Part shown: piece after piece, positions 30,647-40,047 of the stretch
Position numbering within the stretch: the first letter of the stretch is position 1
How the letters are laid out: each line of letters opens with the position of its first letter
From: Kiritimatiellia bacterium
GTDB taxonomy: Bacteria > Verrucomicrobiota > Kiritimatiellia > RFP12 > JBMNHG01
Length of the DNA: 64,000 bases
Reading direction: 5' to 3'
Assembly: GCA_050950285.1 (NCBI GenBank)
Contig: JBMNHG010000008.1
Span: 62,001-126,000, forward strand
The notes under the pieces: generated by a model
What the model was told of the DNA's origin: nothing
Databases searched by the model: none
The model's input: the letters and a program-made list of their open reading frames with translations, nothing else
Made by a program: the position numbers and the translations under genes

Positions 30647-31435
30647 ATGAAACTGAAGCCTGTATCCGTCGTCGCCGTCGCCGCATTGCTCGCCTGCGCC
30701 GCTCCCGTCGCCGCTTTCGCGCAGGAGGAAGCCCCTGCCGCCGAAGAAGCCCAAGAAGCCGGCACGCTCGAAGTGGCGGAATCCCAGCCCGAGCCCCAAT
30801 CCGGCACCTTCAGCCAGGTGATCTTCGGGTCCGGCGCGTTCGGCGCCATCCTGTGGTTTGCCCTCTTTGGCGTCGCCGCCGCGTCAGTCTACTTCATCGT
30901 GGACTCGATCATCCTCGTCCGCCCGCAGAAGATCATGCCCCAGGCGCTGATCGACAAGGTGATCGCCGCCATGGCCGAGGGCGACGTGCTGAAGGCCATC
31001 AAGGCCTGCGAATCCGAGCCCGGCCCGATGGCCAACATCCTCTCCGCCGGCTTCAGCCACGTCGAAGAAGGCTACGACATCATCCAGGAAGCCATCGCCA
31101 CCGCCGCAGACCTCGAGATCGAGCGCCTCATGCAGCGCATGAACTGGATCTCCGTGTGTGCGAACATCTCCCCGATGCTCGGCCTGCTCGGCACCGTGCA
31201 AGGCATGATCATGGCCTTCGCCACCCTCGCGACCGGCGCGCCCGACGTCGGCTCCCTCGCCCTCGCCATCTCGCAGGCCCTGTGGACCACCGCCGCCGGC
31301 CTGTGCGTGGCCATCCCGTCCGTCACCGCCTACTACGCCATCCGCAACAACGCCAACCGCATCATCCTCCGCATGCAGGCCATCACCCTCGAACTCATCA
31401 AGGACCTGCGCAACGTTGAAATTGTGGAATCCTAA
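30647..31435 (+). CDS. exbB: MotA/TolQ/ExbB proton channel protein
   Basis: SPMLGLLGTVQGMIMAF, ISQALWTTAAGLCVAIP. Confidence 0.92.
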   Translation: MKLKPVSVVAVAALLACAAPVAAFAQEEAPAAEEAQEAGTLEVAESQPEPQSGTFSQVIFGSGAFGAILWFALFGVAAASVYFIVDSIILVRPQKIMPQALIDKVIAAMAEGDVLKAIKACESEPGPMANILSAGFSHVEEGYDIIQEAIATAADLEIERLMQRMNWISVCANISPMLGLLGTVQGMIMAFATLATGAPDVGSLALAISQALWTTAAGLCVAIPSVTAYYAIRNNANRIILRMQAITLELIKDLRNVEIVES

Positions 31436-31525
31436 AGTAGGAGAGAGGGCGCTCCCCCCGCACCGGCGGAGGGAGTCCGGGGGCGCAAGCCCCCGCCCGC
31501 CCCTCGTCGCAAGAAAGGATTTCCC

Positions 31526-31957
31526 ATGAGCAGAAGAAGAAGGACAGGATCCTCCGAAGGTGCCGAACTGGACATGACGGCGATGATCGACGTCGTCTTC
31601 CAGCTCATCATCTTCTTCGTGGTCACGATGACCATGACGAAGGAATACAACCGCGACATCGAGCTCGAGGACGGCAAGCACGGCCCCACGATCAAGCAGG
31701 ACCAGTCCCCCACCACGCTCATCATCGAGCTGGACAGGAAGGGCCGCCTCTCGATCAACAACGCCAAGATGTCCTACAAGCAGCTCGACGACATCCTCCA
31801 ATACCGCTACAACCGCCATGGACAGTTCCCCGTGCTGATCCGCGCGGACCGCCGCACCGAGCACTCCCACGTGAGCTACCTGATGAACCGGTGCGCGGCA
31901 CGGGGCCTTTGGAAGATCGGATTCGTCGCCATCAAGGAAAAGGCGAGCAAGGACTAG
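31526..31957 (+). CDS. exbD: ExbD/TolR family protein 1
   Basis: DMTAMIDVVFQLIIFF, VLIRADR. Confidence 0.92.
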   Translation: MSRRRRTGSSEGAELDMTAMIDVVFQLIIFFVVTMTMTKEYNRDIELEDGKHGPTIKQDQSPTTLIIELDRKGRLSINNAKMSYKQLDDILQYRYNRHGQFPVLIRADRRTEHSHVSYLMNRCAARGLWKIGFVAIKEKASKD

Positions 31958-31961
31958 GATT

Positions 31962-32363
31962 ATGGCACGCAAGCCCCGCAACACCGGAGAAAATCCGAAG
32001 CTGGACATGACGGCGATGATCGACGTCGTCTTCCAGCTCCTCATCTTCTTCATCGTCACCTTGAAGCAGGAGGACATCTGCTCCAAGCTGAGCGCCTACC
32101 GCCCCGCCCCGGACAAGGATGCGACGGCCGAGAATCAGCCCGAGCTCGTGAACATCGTGGTCTCCCGCTCCGGCTTCATCATGCGCGGGCGTCCGGTCAC
32201 CCTGGACGGGCTGGAGCGCGACCTCGCGCTCTTCGCACGCCAGTCGAGGAATTCCCCCGTGCTGATCCGTTGCACGGCGGATTCCCCCCATGCCTACCTC
32301 GTGCAGGCGCTCGACATCTGCAACAAGGTGGGCATGACCAACCTCTCCATCTTCTCGATGTAG
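31962..32363 (+). CDS. exbD: ExbD/TolR family protein 2
   Basis: DMTAMIDVVFQLLIFF. Confidence 0.9.
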   Translation: MARKPRNTGENPKLDMTAMIDVVFQLLIFFIVTLKQEDICSKLSAYRPAPDKDATAENQPELVNIVVSRSGFIMRGRPVTLDGLERDLALFARQSRNSPVLIRCTADSPHAYLVQALDICNKVGMTNLSIFSM

Positions 32364-32595
32364 ACGTGGCGTGAAGCGGATCGGCATCCCGCAAGGGATG
32401 GCCCAGGCCGATTCCGAAATCCACGGCCGCCTGCTCGCGCGCGCCGGGGCGGATGGGGTGGTGTATCCCAGCCGCGAGCGCGCCACGGGCCCCGATGCCA
32501 AGCCGGAAGCCTTCCCCGCGTGATTCCGCGCCCCGCCGCGGAAAGAGGTGGCCATCCCCCTCCGGGGAGTGTTATCTTCCCCATTCCCTCTCTTT

Positions 32596-32672
32596 AGGCC
32601 TGTAGCTCAGTAGGACAGAGCGTTGGATTCCTAATCCGAAGGTCGCGGGTTCGACCCCCGCCAGGCCTACCA
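32596..32672 (+). tRNA. tRNA-Arg(CCT)
   Basis: AGGCCTGTAGCTCAGTAGGACAGAGCGTTGGATTCCTAATCCGAAGGTCGCGGGTTCGACCCCCGCCAGGCCTACCA. Confidence 0.96.
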
Positions 32673-32816
32673 TTCCCGCCTTCTCCTCCCGGCCCGTCCC
32701 CTCCGACGGAACAGAGTCCAGTTCTGACAACTCCAAACAGTCCGGTTTTGTTTCCACCTCGACACTGATGGAGGCTTCGCTTGACATGTCACGCCGGGAG
32801 GTTGGATATTGCCGCC

Positions 32817-32927
32817 ATGGTAACCATGCTTCCCGCAGACTACCTGGAGTCGTTCGGGGATGCCGAGATGCTGGCCGCCTTCGCGGTGGCCATCGTCTTC
32901 GTCGTCCTGTGCGCCCTCGACCGGTGA
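32817..32927 (+). CDS. 36-aa single-TM hydrophobic peptide inside tRNA-Arg islet
   Basis: MVTMLPADYLESFGDAEMLAAFAVAIVFVVLCALDR; host-like GC3; TTGACA at 32781 and GATATT at 32805 upstream. Confidence 0.5.
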   Translation: MVTMLPADYLESFGDAEMLAAFAVAIVFVVLCALDR

Positions 32928-32935
32928 CGCGCGGG

Positions 32936-32975
32936 GGTCGCGGGTTCGACCCCCGCCAGGCCTGCCATTCCCGCC
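32936..32975 (+). repeat. Direct repeat of tRNA-Arg 3' end (att-like)
   Basis: 39/40 identical to 32641-32680. Confidence 0.9.
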
Positions 32976-33045
32976 CTGGGACCTTCCTTGCGCAGAGGCG
33001 CGGGAAGCGCCCGCGATCATGGCGGGATCGACTGGCGTCGGCCGG

Positions 33046-33288
33046 CTAGGGGTCGTAGGTGAAAAGGTCGGCCAGTGCGTAGTCCGCCTTGGCGGCGCGG
33101 TTGAGGGCGGCGCGGACGAGTTCCGCCGTGTGCCGGGTGAGGCGGCGTCCCTTCATGGCGCGCGCCACCATCTTGTGGGTGATCGGCGTCGGAGCCGCTT
33201 CCACCAGGTCGTGCGCGGCCAGGCCGTGCGCGGCCAGCAGGGCCGCGATCGGCTGTTCGCCGAGATTCCGCCCGATTCCTGCGTCCAT
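33046..33288 (-). CDS. Small hypothetical protein, possibly HTH-like
   Basis: MDAGIGRNLGEQPIAALL..THKMVARAMKGRRLT..DLFTYDP; AGAGGA upstream; directly after cysK. Confidence 0.7.
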   Translation of the reverse strand: MDAGIGRNLGEQPIAALLAAHGLAAHDLVEAAPTPITHKMVARAMKGRRLTRHTAELVRAALNRAAKADYALADLFTYDP

Positions 33289-33298
33289 GTCGCTTCCT

Positions 33299-34219
33299 CT
33301 AGTCGAACAGCCCCGTGGAGAGGTAGCGTTCGCCGGTGTCCGGCAGCAGCACGACGATGGTCTTGCCGGCATGCGCGGGATCGTGCGACAACGCAAGCGC
33401 GGCGTGCAGGGCGGCTCCCGAGGAGATGCCCACGAGAAGGCCCTCCTTGGCGGCGACGGCGCGTGCGGCCCTCCCGGCGTCCTCGGCGGAGACCGGCATC
33501 GCGCGCGTGACCAGCGAAACGTCCAGCGTCTTCGGGATGAAGCCCGCGCCGATGCCCTGGAGGGCGTGGAGCCCGGGCTTCCCGCCGGAGAGGACGGCCG
33601 AGGCGTCCGGCTCGACGGCCACGATCTCGACCTCCGGCTTCCGCGCTTTCAGGAAACGGGCGACGCCGGTAAGGGTGCCTCCGGTTCCGACACCCGCCAC
33701 GAAGACGTCCACGGCGCCGTCGGTGTCGCGCCAGATTTCGGGGCCTGTCGAGGCCTCGTGGGCGGCGGGATTCGCGGGGTTGTCGAACTGCTGCGGAATG
33801 AAGGAGCCGGGTGTGGCGGCATGCAGTTCCTCCGCCTTCGCGATGGCGCCCGCCATGCCGTCTTCGGCGGGCGTGAGCACGATGTCCGCACCGTAGGCCT
33901 TCGCGAGTTTGCGGCGTTCCAGGCTCATCGATTCGGGCATCACCAGCACAAGGCGATAGCCCTTCACGGCGGCGGCGATGGCGAGGCCGATTCCGGTGTT
34001 CCCGCTGGTGGGTTCGATCAGTGTCCCACCGGGTTGCAGCAGGCCCTGTTTCTCCGCCGCGTCGATCATCGCGACGCCGATGCGGTCTTTCGCGGATCCG
34101 CCCGGATTGAAGAATTCCACCTTGGCCAGGACGCGCGCGGGACCCGTGCCGAGACGGTGGAGTTCGACGAGCGGCGTGCCGCCGATGCATCCGAGGATGC
34201 TGTTGTGGACGCTGGCCAT
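33299..34219 (-). CDS. cysK: Cysteine synthase A
   Basis: NPGGSAKDR (PLP lysine), [30 protein letters not shown]. Confidence 0.95.
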   Translation of the reverse strand: MASVHNSILGCIGGTPLVELHRLGTGPARVLAKVEFFNPGGSAKDRIGVAMIDAAEKQGLLQPGGTLIEPTSGNTGIGLAIAAAVKGYRLVLVMPESMSLERRKLAKAYGADIVLTPAEDGMAGAIAKAEELHAATPGSFIPQQFDNPANPAAHEASTGPEIWRDTDGAVDVFVAGVGTGGTLTGVARFLKARKPEVEIVAVEPDASAVLSGGKPGLHALQGIGAGFIPKTLDVSLVTRAMPVSAEDAGRAARAVAAKEGLLVGISSGAALHAALALSHDPAHAGKTIVVLLPDTGERYLSTGLFD

Positions 34220-34236
34220 GCCTCGGTTCCCGCGGA

Positions 34237-35163
34237 TCAGGCCAGGGCGGCGAGCGCCTTGTCGAGGCTGGGGAGGTCCTGCACGCTCGCGGCGCGGAAC
34301 GCGGGGTCGATGCGCAGGGCGAGGCCGGCGAGGACTTTGCCGGGGCCGAGTTCGACGCACTGCGAGATGCCGTTCGCGAGGCACCACCGCATGCCGTCCA
34401 GCCAGTGCACCCCTTCGACCACCTGGCGGAGCATGGTTTCGCGGATGGTCTCCGGAGCGCCGTGCGGGGCGCCGGTGACGTTCGAAAGGACGGGGAAGGC
34501 GGGGGCGCGGAACGGGATGCCCTCGAGCACGGGGGCCAGCTTCGCGCGCGCGGGTTCCATCAGCGGGGAATGGAAGGCCCCCGCCACGTTCAGCACCACG
34601 GTTCGCGCGCCCAGCTCCTTCGCGAAGGCTTCGGCGGCGGGAATCTGCTCCTTGAGGCCGGAAAGAACCGTCTGCTGCTGCGAATTGCGGTTCGCGACGG
34701 TCATCCCGGACTTCGCGCAGATGGCGTCCAGCTGCTCTTCCGTCAGCGCGCCCAGAAGCGTGAGCATGCCGCCTGGCGCGGCCTCGCAGGCCTCCTGCAT
34801 GAAGCGGCCGCGGGCCTCGAGCGCGCGAAGGGCGTCCTCGAACGACAGCACGCCGGCGGCGTGGAGCGCCGTCCATTCGCCCAGGCTCAATCCGGCGGCC
34901 ACGGCGAAGGAGGCGCCGGGAAGGCGCTTCCGGAGGGCGGCATGGCAGGCCGCGCCGACGGTGAAGACGGCGGGCTGGCAGACGTTGGAGCGGGTCAGCT
35001 CCTCGATGGGGCCTTCGAAGCAGAGGCGCTTCAGGTCGAAGCCCAGCACGTCGTTCGCACGGTCGAAAAGGGCGGCGACCTCGGGATCGGCGGCGGCGAG
35101 GTCGGCCGCCATGCCGACGAACTGGGCGCCTTGTCCGGCAAAGAGGAGAGCGGTCGGATTCAT
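34237..35163 (-). CDS. fabD: Malonyl-CoA:ACP transacylase
   Basis: [35 protein letters not shown]. Confidence 0.95.
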   Translation of the reverse strand: MNPTALLFAGQGAQFVGMAADLAAADPEVAALFDRANDVLGFDLKRLCFEGPIEELTRSNVCQPAVFTVGAACHAALRKRLPGASFAVAAGLSLGEWTALHAAGVLSFEDALRALEARGRFMQEACEAAPGGMLTLLGALTEEQLDAICAKSGMTVANRNSQQQTVLSGLKEQIPAAEAFAKELGARTVVLNVAGAFHSPLMEPARAKLAPVLEGIPFRAPAFPVLSNVTGAPHGAPETIRETMLRQVVEGVHWLDGMRWCLANGISQCVELGPGKVLAGLALRIDPAFRAASVQDLPSLDKALAALA

Positions 35164-35267
35164 GTGGTTCCTTGGGTTGGGACAAAGGGGAAGCGGCGGC
35201 GGGCCGTTTCCGCGCCGGGCGAGGCCCGGGCCGGATGGGATGGCGGGGACGGGCTTTCGCCCGCGCC

Positions 35268-36284
35268 CTATTCCGCGACGACGCGCCCGGCGATGTGGTC
35301 GGCGATGCGCTGGACCATCTTGCTTTTGACGAGGTCGCGGGTCACGCGGATCGTGTGGAAGATGGTCTTGCGGGAGGCGGAGCCGTGGGTGATGATGACG
35401 GTGCCGTCCACGCCCAGAAGCGGCGCGCCGCCGTACATGTCGGGATCCATGCGGGCCTTGAGCGACTTGAAGGCTCCTTTGAGGATCAAGGCGCCGGTCT
35501 TGCGAAGGGGGTTGGCGGTGATCTCGTCCTTGATCCAGTTGGCCAGTGCGCGGGCGACGCTTTCGGCGGTCTTCAGCACCACGTTCCCGACGAACCCGTC
35601 GGTTACCGCCACGTCGATCCCGCCGGTGAAAAGGTCGTGGCCCTCGATGTTGCCGCAGAAGTTCACGTTGGACTTCTGGATGGCGGAGAAGGCCTTGTGG
35701 GTGAGGTTGTTCCCCTTGCCTTCCTCGGTCCCGATGCCGAGAAGCCCCACGACGGGATTCCTGCGCTTGAGGAGGGCTTCGGAGTAGACGCTCCCCATCA
35801 CCGCGAATTGTGCCAGCATGCGCTCGTCGCAGTCGGTGTTCGCTCCGGCGTCCAGGAGGAGCAGGGGGCGCGACGGATCGCGCGTGGGGAGGACCATCGC
35901 GATGGCGGGGCGGAACACGCCTTTGACGCGGCCGACGTGGAAGAGGGCCGAGGCGACCATCGCGCCGCTGTTGCCGGCGGAGATGGAGGCGTCGGCCTCG
36001 CCGCGCTTGACCAGCGCGTTGCACCAGTTGATCGATGCGTCTTTCTTCCTGCGGACCGCGACGGCCGGCGCCTCGTCCATGTCGATGGACTGCTCGCAAT
36101 GGAAGATGCCCAGGCGGGGGGCCAGTTTCCCGCCGGCGTCGGCAAGCTCCTGGCAGATCACCTCCTGGTTGCCCACCATGATGATTTCGATGTCGCCCGG
36201 AAGCGACTGGACGGCATCCATGCATCCGCGGACGATTTCGCCCGGGGCATGGTCCCCGCCCATTGCATCTACGGCTACGCGCAT
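35268..36284 (-). CDS. plsX: Phosphate acyltransferase
   Basis: [35 protein letters not shown]. Confidence 0.96.
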   Translation of the reverse strand: MRVAVDAMGGDHAPGEIVRGCMDAVQSLPGDIEIIMVGNQEVICQELADAGGKLAPRLGIFHCEQSIDMDEAPAVAVRRKKDASINWCNALVKRGEADASISAGNSGAMVASALFHVGRVKGVFRPAIAMVLPTRDPSRPLLLLDAGANTDCDERMLAQFAVMGSVYSEALLKRRNPVVGLLGIGTEEGKGNNLTHKAFSAIQKSNVNFCGNIEGHDLFTGGIDVAVTDGFVGNVVLKTAESVARALANWIKDEITANPLRKTGALILKGAFKSLKARMDPDMYGGAPLLGVDGTVIITHGSASRKTIFHTIRVTRDLVKSKMVQRIADHIAGRVVAE

Positions 36285-36375
36285 GGATTTTCCCGGCGTA
36301 AGGATGTGGATCCCGCCTGTCAGCCGCCCGGACGCTTGGGGCCATCGCGGCGGAAGCGTCCGGGAGGAGCGGGGG

Positions 36376-36561
36376 TCAGGCCACTTCGATCACCAGGACC
36401 TGGCGACCGCGATAGTGGCCGCAGGAGGGACATGCACGGTGCGAACGATGCGGCGCGCCGCAGTTCGGGCATGGCTTCACCTGCGAAAGGTTCGCCTTCA
36501 TGGTGTGCGCGATGCGCATGCGCTTGCGCATCTTGGATTTTTTGGTTTTCGGAACGGCCAT
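36376..36561 (-). CDS. rpmF: 50S ribosomal protein L32 (Zn-ribbon type)
   Basis: MAVPKTKKSK..CPNCG..HRACPSCGHY. Confidence 0.96.
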   Translation of the reverse strand: MAVPKTKKSKMRKRMRIAHTMKANLSQVKPCPNCGAPHRSHRACPSCGHYRGRQVLVIEVA

Positions 36562-36607
36562 GGTTTTCTCCAGAGGCGCACGGCATGGCGGCCATGCGCG
36601 GAAGCGC

Positions 36608-37099
36608 TTACTGCAGGGTCAGTCGATCCAGTTCGCCCCAGCGCGCGTCGGCCGCGCCGGAATCCCCGCAGCGGCAGGGGCCTTCGTTGAGGTCGGCCCC
36701 GCACTTCGGGCACAGCCCCCTGCAGTCGGGGCGGCAGACCGGATGTTCGGGAAAGTGAAGCAGTATAGACTCGCGGAGGGGGTCCGTCAAGTCCACGAAG
36801 GGCTCCGCGTCTTCCAGCGGGAGGGTAAGAACAACGTCGGATTCGGCGAGGTGTTCGAGAAAGGCGCCGGCGCAACGGGCGCAGGTCCGGACGAAGTCCT
36901 GCCCGGCCCGGCCGCGCACGAGGAGCTCGTCGCCCAGCCGCTGCACGAAGAGGTCGTAGCACAGGCCGCCGGAAGGGGTGGCGTAGTCGTTTTCGGAGAG
37001 GCCCCAGTCGACAACCTCGGGCGCAAGCTCGCCCCGGAACGATTCTCCATCCCGTTCGAGGCGCGCGATGTCAACGATCAAACGCTCCTTTGTCTCCAT
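36608..37099 (-). CDS. yceD: DUF177/YceD family protein
   Basis: CARC and CRPDCRGLCPKCGADLN..C-C; upstream of rpmF. Confidence 0.9.
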   Translation of the reverse strand: METKERLIVDIARLERDGESFRGELAPEVVDWGLSENDYATPSGGLCYDLFVQRLGDELLVRGRAGQDFVRTCARCAGAFLEHLAESDVVLTLPLEDAEPFVDLTDPLRESILLHFPEHPVCRPDCRGLCPKCGADLNEGPCRCGDSGAADARWGELDRLTLQ

Positions 37100-37622
37100 T
37101 TCGGACTCCTTTCGCCGCGAGGCGCTCTTTGTTGTGGGCCTGGAGGAAGCGTTCGATGTAGCCCTGTACGCAGGGCGGGACGAAGCCGGCGGCGGAAGCG
37201 CCGTAGCGGACGATCTCGCGTACGGTCGTGGCGGTCACGTAGCTGTGCTCCTCCTGGGGCATGAGGAAGAAGGTTTCGATTTCGGGGGCGAGCCGACGGT
37301 TGGTGAGGGACATCTGGAACTCGTTCTCGAAGTCGGAGTAGGCGCGCAACCCGCGGATCACCACGCGGATGCCGCGCTTCCGGCAGAAGTCGACGAGCAG
37401 CGAGTCGAGCACGTCCACGCTGACCGTCACGCCTGCGTCCGCGGTGGCTTCGCGCACCATCGCGACGCGTTCCTCGCGGCCGAACATCGCCCCTTTTTTC
37501 TCGGAGACGGCGGCAACCGCCACGGTGACGTCGCTGAAGATCGCGGCGGAACGCAGGATGAGGTCAAGGTGGCCGTTGGTAATCGGGTCGAAGGTGCCTG
37601 GATAAACTGCTTTTTCAACCAT
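37071..37622 (-). CDS. coaD: Phosphopantetheine adenylyltransferase
   Basis: YPGTFDPITNGHLD, IRGLR..DFENE. Confidence 0.96.
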   Translation of the reverse strand: MVEKAVYPGTFDPITNGHLDLILRSAAIFSDVTVAVAAVSEKKGAMFGREERVAMVREATADAGVTVSVDVLDSLLVDFCRKRGIRVVIRGLRAYSDFENEFQMSLTNRRLAPEIETFFLMPQEEHSYVTATTVREIVRYGASAAGFVPPCVQGYIERFLQAHNKERLAAKGVRNGDKGAFDR

Positions 37623-38196
37623 GGGACTGTGGCTCCTCTCTGGGGGCGATACGCCGCCACACGATCAATCGGGTCTTGCCGTACAGGCGGTTTTTCAGGA
37701 TTTCCCATCCGTCGGCTTCGCCGACGGGGGCGTTCCCGCCTTGCTCGGTCACGAAGAGTCCGCCGGGACGGACGACATCGTGGGCGGCACAGCGTTCCAT
37801 CACGTCGCGCAGGCCGTCCGCGCGGGTGTCGGCGTAGGGTGGGTCGGCGAAGACGATGTCGAAGGCTCGTCCGGCGCCGGCGGTGGCCGCCCACTTCAGC
37901 GCGTCGGCGCAGTACGCCTGCGAGGCGTCCACGCCCAAGGCGGCGGCGTTCTCTTGGATGAGGCGCCAGTTGCGCCGGTCCGCCTCCACCCAGGCGACGT
38001 CCGCGGCCCCGCGGCTGATCGCTTCCAGGCCCACCGCGCCGGAACCGGCAAAGAGGTCCAGAAAGCGGGCGCCCGGAAGCGCGGACACCAGGAGATTCCC
38101 CAATGCCTCGCGCACCCGATCCTGCGTTGGACGGAAGCTCGCGACCGAAGGCACGCGCAGCTTCCGGCCACACAGTGTGCCTCCGGTGATTCGCAT
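37615..38196 (-). CDS. rsmD: 16S rRNA m2G966 methyltransferase
   Basis: MRITGG, RPTQDRVRE, LDLFAGSG, DPPY. Confidence 0.93.
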   Translation of the reverse strand: MRITGGTLCGRKLRVPSVASFRPTQDRVREALGNLLVSALPGARFLDLFAGSGAVGLEAISRGAADVAWVEADRRNWRLIQENAAALGVDASQAYCADALKWAATAGAGRAFDIVFADPPYADTRADGLRDVMERCAAHDVVRPGGLFVTEQGGNAPVGEADGWEILKNRLYGKTRLIVWRRIAPREEPQSHG

Positions 38197-38214
38197 GGGG
38201 GGAAGTATAAGATT

Positions 38215-39189
38215 CTACTCCGCACTCCGCAACACGCTTTGTTCGACACCCTTCCCGCCGGACGGCCAGGGAGCGGCGCCCACGGAGCCTTCGCCCGCAG
38301 GCATCTCCTGGCCCAGCAGGTCGGAGGGGAGCGAGGAGTCGAAGCCCTGCACCCAGCCGTTGTCGAAGCCAAGGCGTTCCATCTCGGCGGTCACCTTCCC
38401 GTACTCGTCCTCGCGGATGGCGCGATTCCATCCGGGCGTCCGCAGCGCACGGTATACGGGCGTATATTGCGACATGACGCTCACATGCACGCCGGTGCCG
38501 ACGGCGTCCGCAAGCCACCGCAGGTTCTCGACGGCCTCTTCCGGACGGCCGGGAAGCACGAGCAGGCGGCAGATCACGCCCCGCGAGGCGATTTCATCGT
38601 CGCCTTCCACCTGCAGCGGCCCGAGTTCCCGCCAGCACCACGCAAGGGCGGCTCGTGCCGCGGCCGCGTAGCCGGGCGCGGCAGAGGCGGCAAGGGCCGT
38701 TTCGTCGCGGGAATAGCGCAAGTCCACGAGCGCGATGTCCACCAGGTCGCGGTAGGCCTCGAGCGTCTCCACCGATTCGAATCCGCTGGAGTTGTAGACG
38801 AACGGCAGGCGGATGCCCTCGGCCAGCAGCGGGGCGACCGCTTCGCGGATCAGGGGAAGCCAGGGCGTGGGAGACACGAGGTTCCAGTTGTGGCACCCCT
38901 TCGCGGCCAGCCTCCGGAAGATCTCCGTGAGTTCCGCCACGTCGAGGTCGTCGCCCCGCCCGCCCTGGCTCCAGGGGTGGTTCTGGCAGTAGAGACAGCG
39001 CATCGTGCAGTGGGAGAAGAAGATCGCGCCGGAGCCGCTCGTCCCGGACAGCGGGGGTTCTTCCCCGAAGTGCGGCCCCGAACGGAACACGCGCGGAATC
39101 GCGCCTGCGCCGCAGAAGCCCCGTCCTCCCTCCAGGCGGTTGACGCCGCAACGGCGCGGACAGAGCGTGCATTGGGAGAGCCGGTTCAT
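38215..39189 (-). CDS. Radical SAM protein, PflX-like family
   Basis: CTLCPRRCGVNR, HFGEEPPLSG, CTMRCLYCQN, RLLVLPG, MSQYTP. Confidence 0.88.
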   Translation of the reverse strand: MNRLSQCTLCPRRCGVNRLEGGRGFCGAGAIPRVFRSGPHFGEEPPLSGTSGSGAIFFSHCTMRCLYCQNHPWSQGGRGDDLDVAELTEIFRRLAAKGCHNWNLVSPTPWLPLIREAVAPLLAEGIRLPFVYNSSGFESVETLEAYRDLVDIALVDLRYSRDETALAASAAPGYAAAARAALAWCWRELGPLQVEGDDEIASRGVICRLLVLPGRPEEAVENLRWLADAVGTGVHVSVMSQYTPVYRALRTPGWNRAIREDEYGKVTAEMERLGFDNGWVQGFDSSLPSDLLGQEMPAGEGSVGAAPWPSGGKGVEQSVLRSAE

Positions 39190-39246
39190 CGTTCGTCGCG
39201 ACGGAGCATGAGCGTCTCCGCCATCCTGGCTCGGAAAGCCCTGTTT

Positions 39247-39387
39247 TTACCGGGAATCCCGCTTCTTCTCGCAGGTCGTTTTTTCGCCCCGGGCATGGTG
39301 GTAGGCCTTGCAGGCCTTGCAGTCCCCGTGTCGCGGGCATCCCTCCCAAGTGCAGGGGCAATTCTCGTTGATCGTCTTCTTGTCCAT
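39247..39387 (-). CDS. 46-aa Cys/His-rich mini-protein (DUF6485-like; absent from ORF track)
   Basis: MDKKTINENCPCTWEGCPRHGDCKACKAYHHARGEKTTCEKKRDSR; AGGAG upstream. Confidence 0.7.
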   Translation of the reverse strand: MDKKTINENCPCTWEGCPRHGDCKACKAYHHARGEKTTCEKKRDSR

Positions 39388-39432
39388 TTCGGGTCTCCTG
39401 GGTCGTGTGCTGTTTCGGTGAGGATTGGAGGT

Positions 39433-40047
39433 CTAGCCGGCAGAAGCTGAACCACGAAGAATATTCTCAACCAGCTTGTAAACCGTAGTTCCGCCGGGGG
39501 CTCGCGGCCAGTCATCACAGGGGGGATTGTCGCGTCTCTTGGCGCGGCTGATGGCGTCTTCTATTCTCTCGTGCGTAAAGTCACGCGCATTGATCCCCTT
39601 GTTGTAATCGGGAAGGTATCGCTTCAACCGATCGCCGCAGATCTGTGGCGATGTAACACCGCCTCCGTCTTCAAAGTGAAGCAGCAGCCAGTATTCAAAC
39701 TTGGGGTTGCTCAGGGCAAAGCCGTAATTCGGCTTTCCTTTTGCCCACCTGCAAAGAGCCTCAAGCACATCGTCGGAATTGCTGTCTTTATCGACCACCA
39801 GCCAAGCCTCATCTGTATCCTTCAGGTTGTTTTGCTTGAGGTATTCTTGCATTCTTTTCAGTACTTGCCGAGCGGCACTCTTGTGCTTGTCATGCAGGCA
39901 CTTCAAGTGGATGACAGAATCTTGGCGCCTGTTGAGCATGCCAAAATACAGCCGTTCTGTGATCGCGCCTTCCACTGCGATCACGAACAGCTTGCGGTAG
40001 CGACGCTTGCCGAGGGGGCGTTGCAAACTGCGTCTTTTCCGCGACAT
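39433..40047 (-). CDS. rloB: RloB-family protein
   Basis: IAVEGAITERLYF, WLVVDKD, SNPKFEYWLLLHF, PGGTTVYKLVE. Confidence 0.88.
   Translation of the reverse strand: MSRKRRSLQRPLGKRRYRKLFVIAVEGAITERLYFGMLNRRQDSVIHLKCLHDKHKSAARQVLKRMQEYLKQNNLKDTDEAWLVVDKDSNSDDVLEALCRWAKGKPNYGFALSNPKFEYWLLLHFEDGGGVTSPQICGDRLKRYLPDYNKGINARDFTHERIEDAISRAKRRDNPPCDDWPRAPGGTTVYKLVENILRGSASAG

Noticed and set aside
32936..32975. Second tRNA-Arg gene
   Set aside because: Only the T-arm and 3' acceptor strand are present
38215..39189. Radical SAM gene as the activase of the GRE at 47569
   Set aside because: PflX-like rather than a typical GRE activase, and 8 kb away; no support from sequence alone
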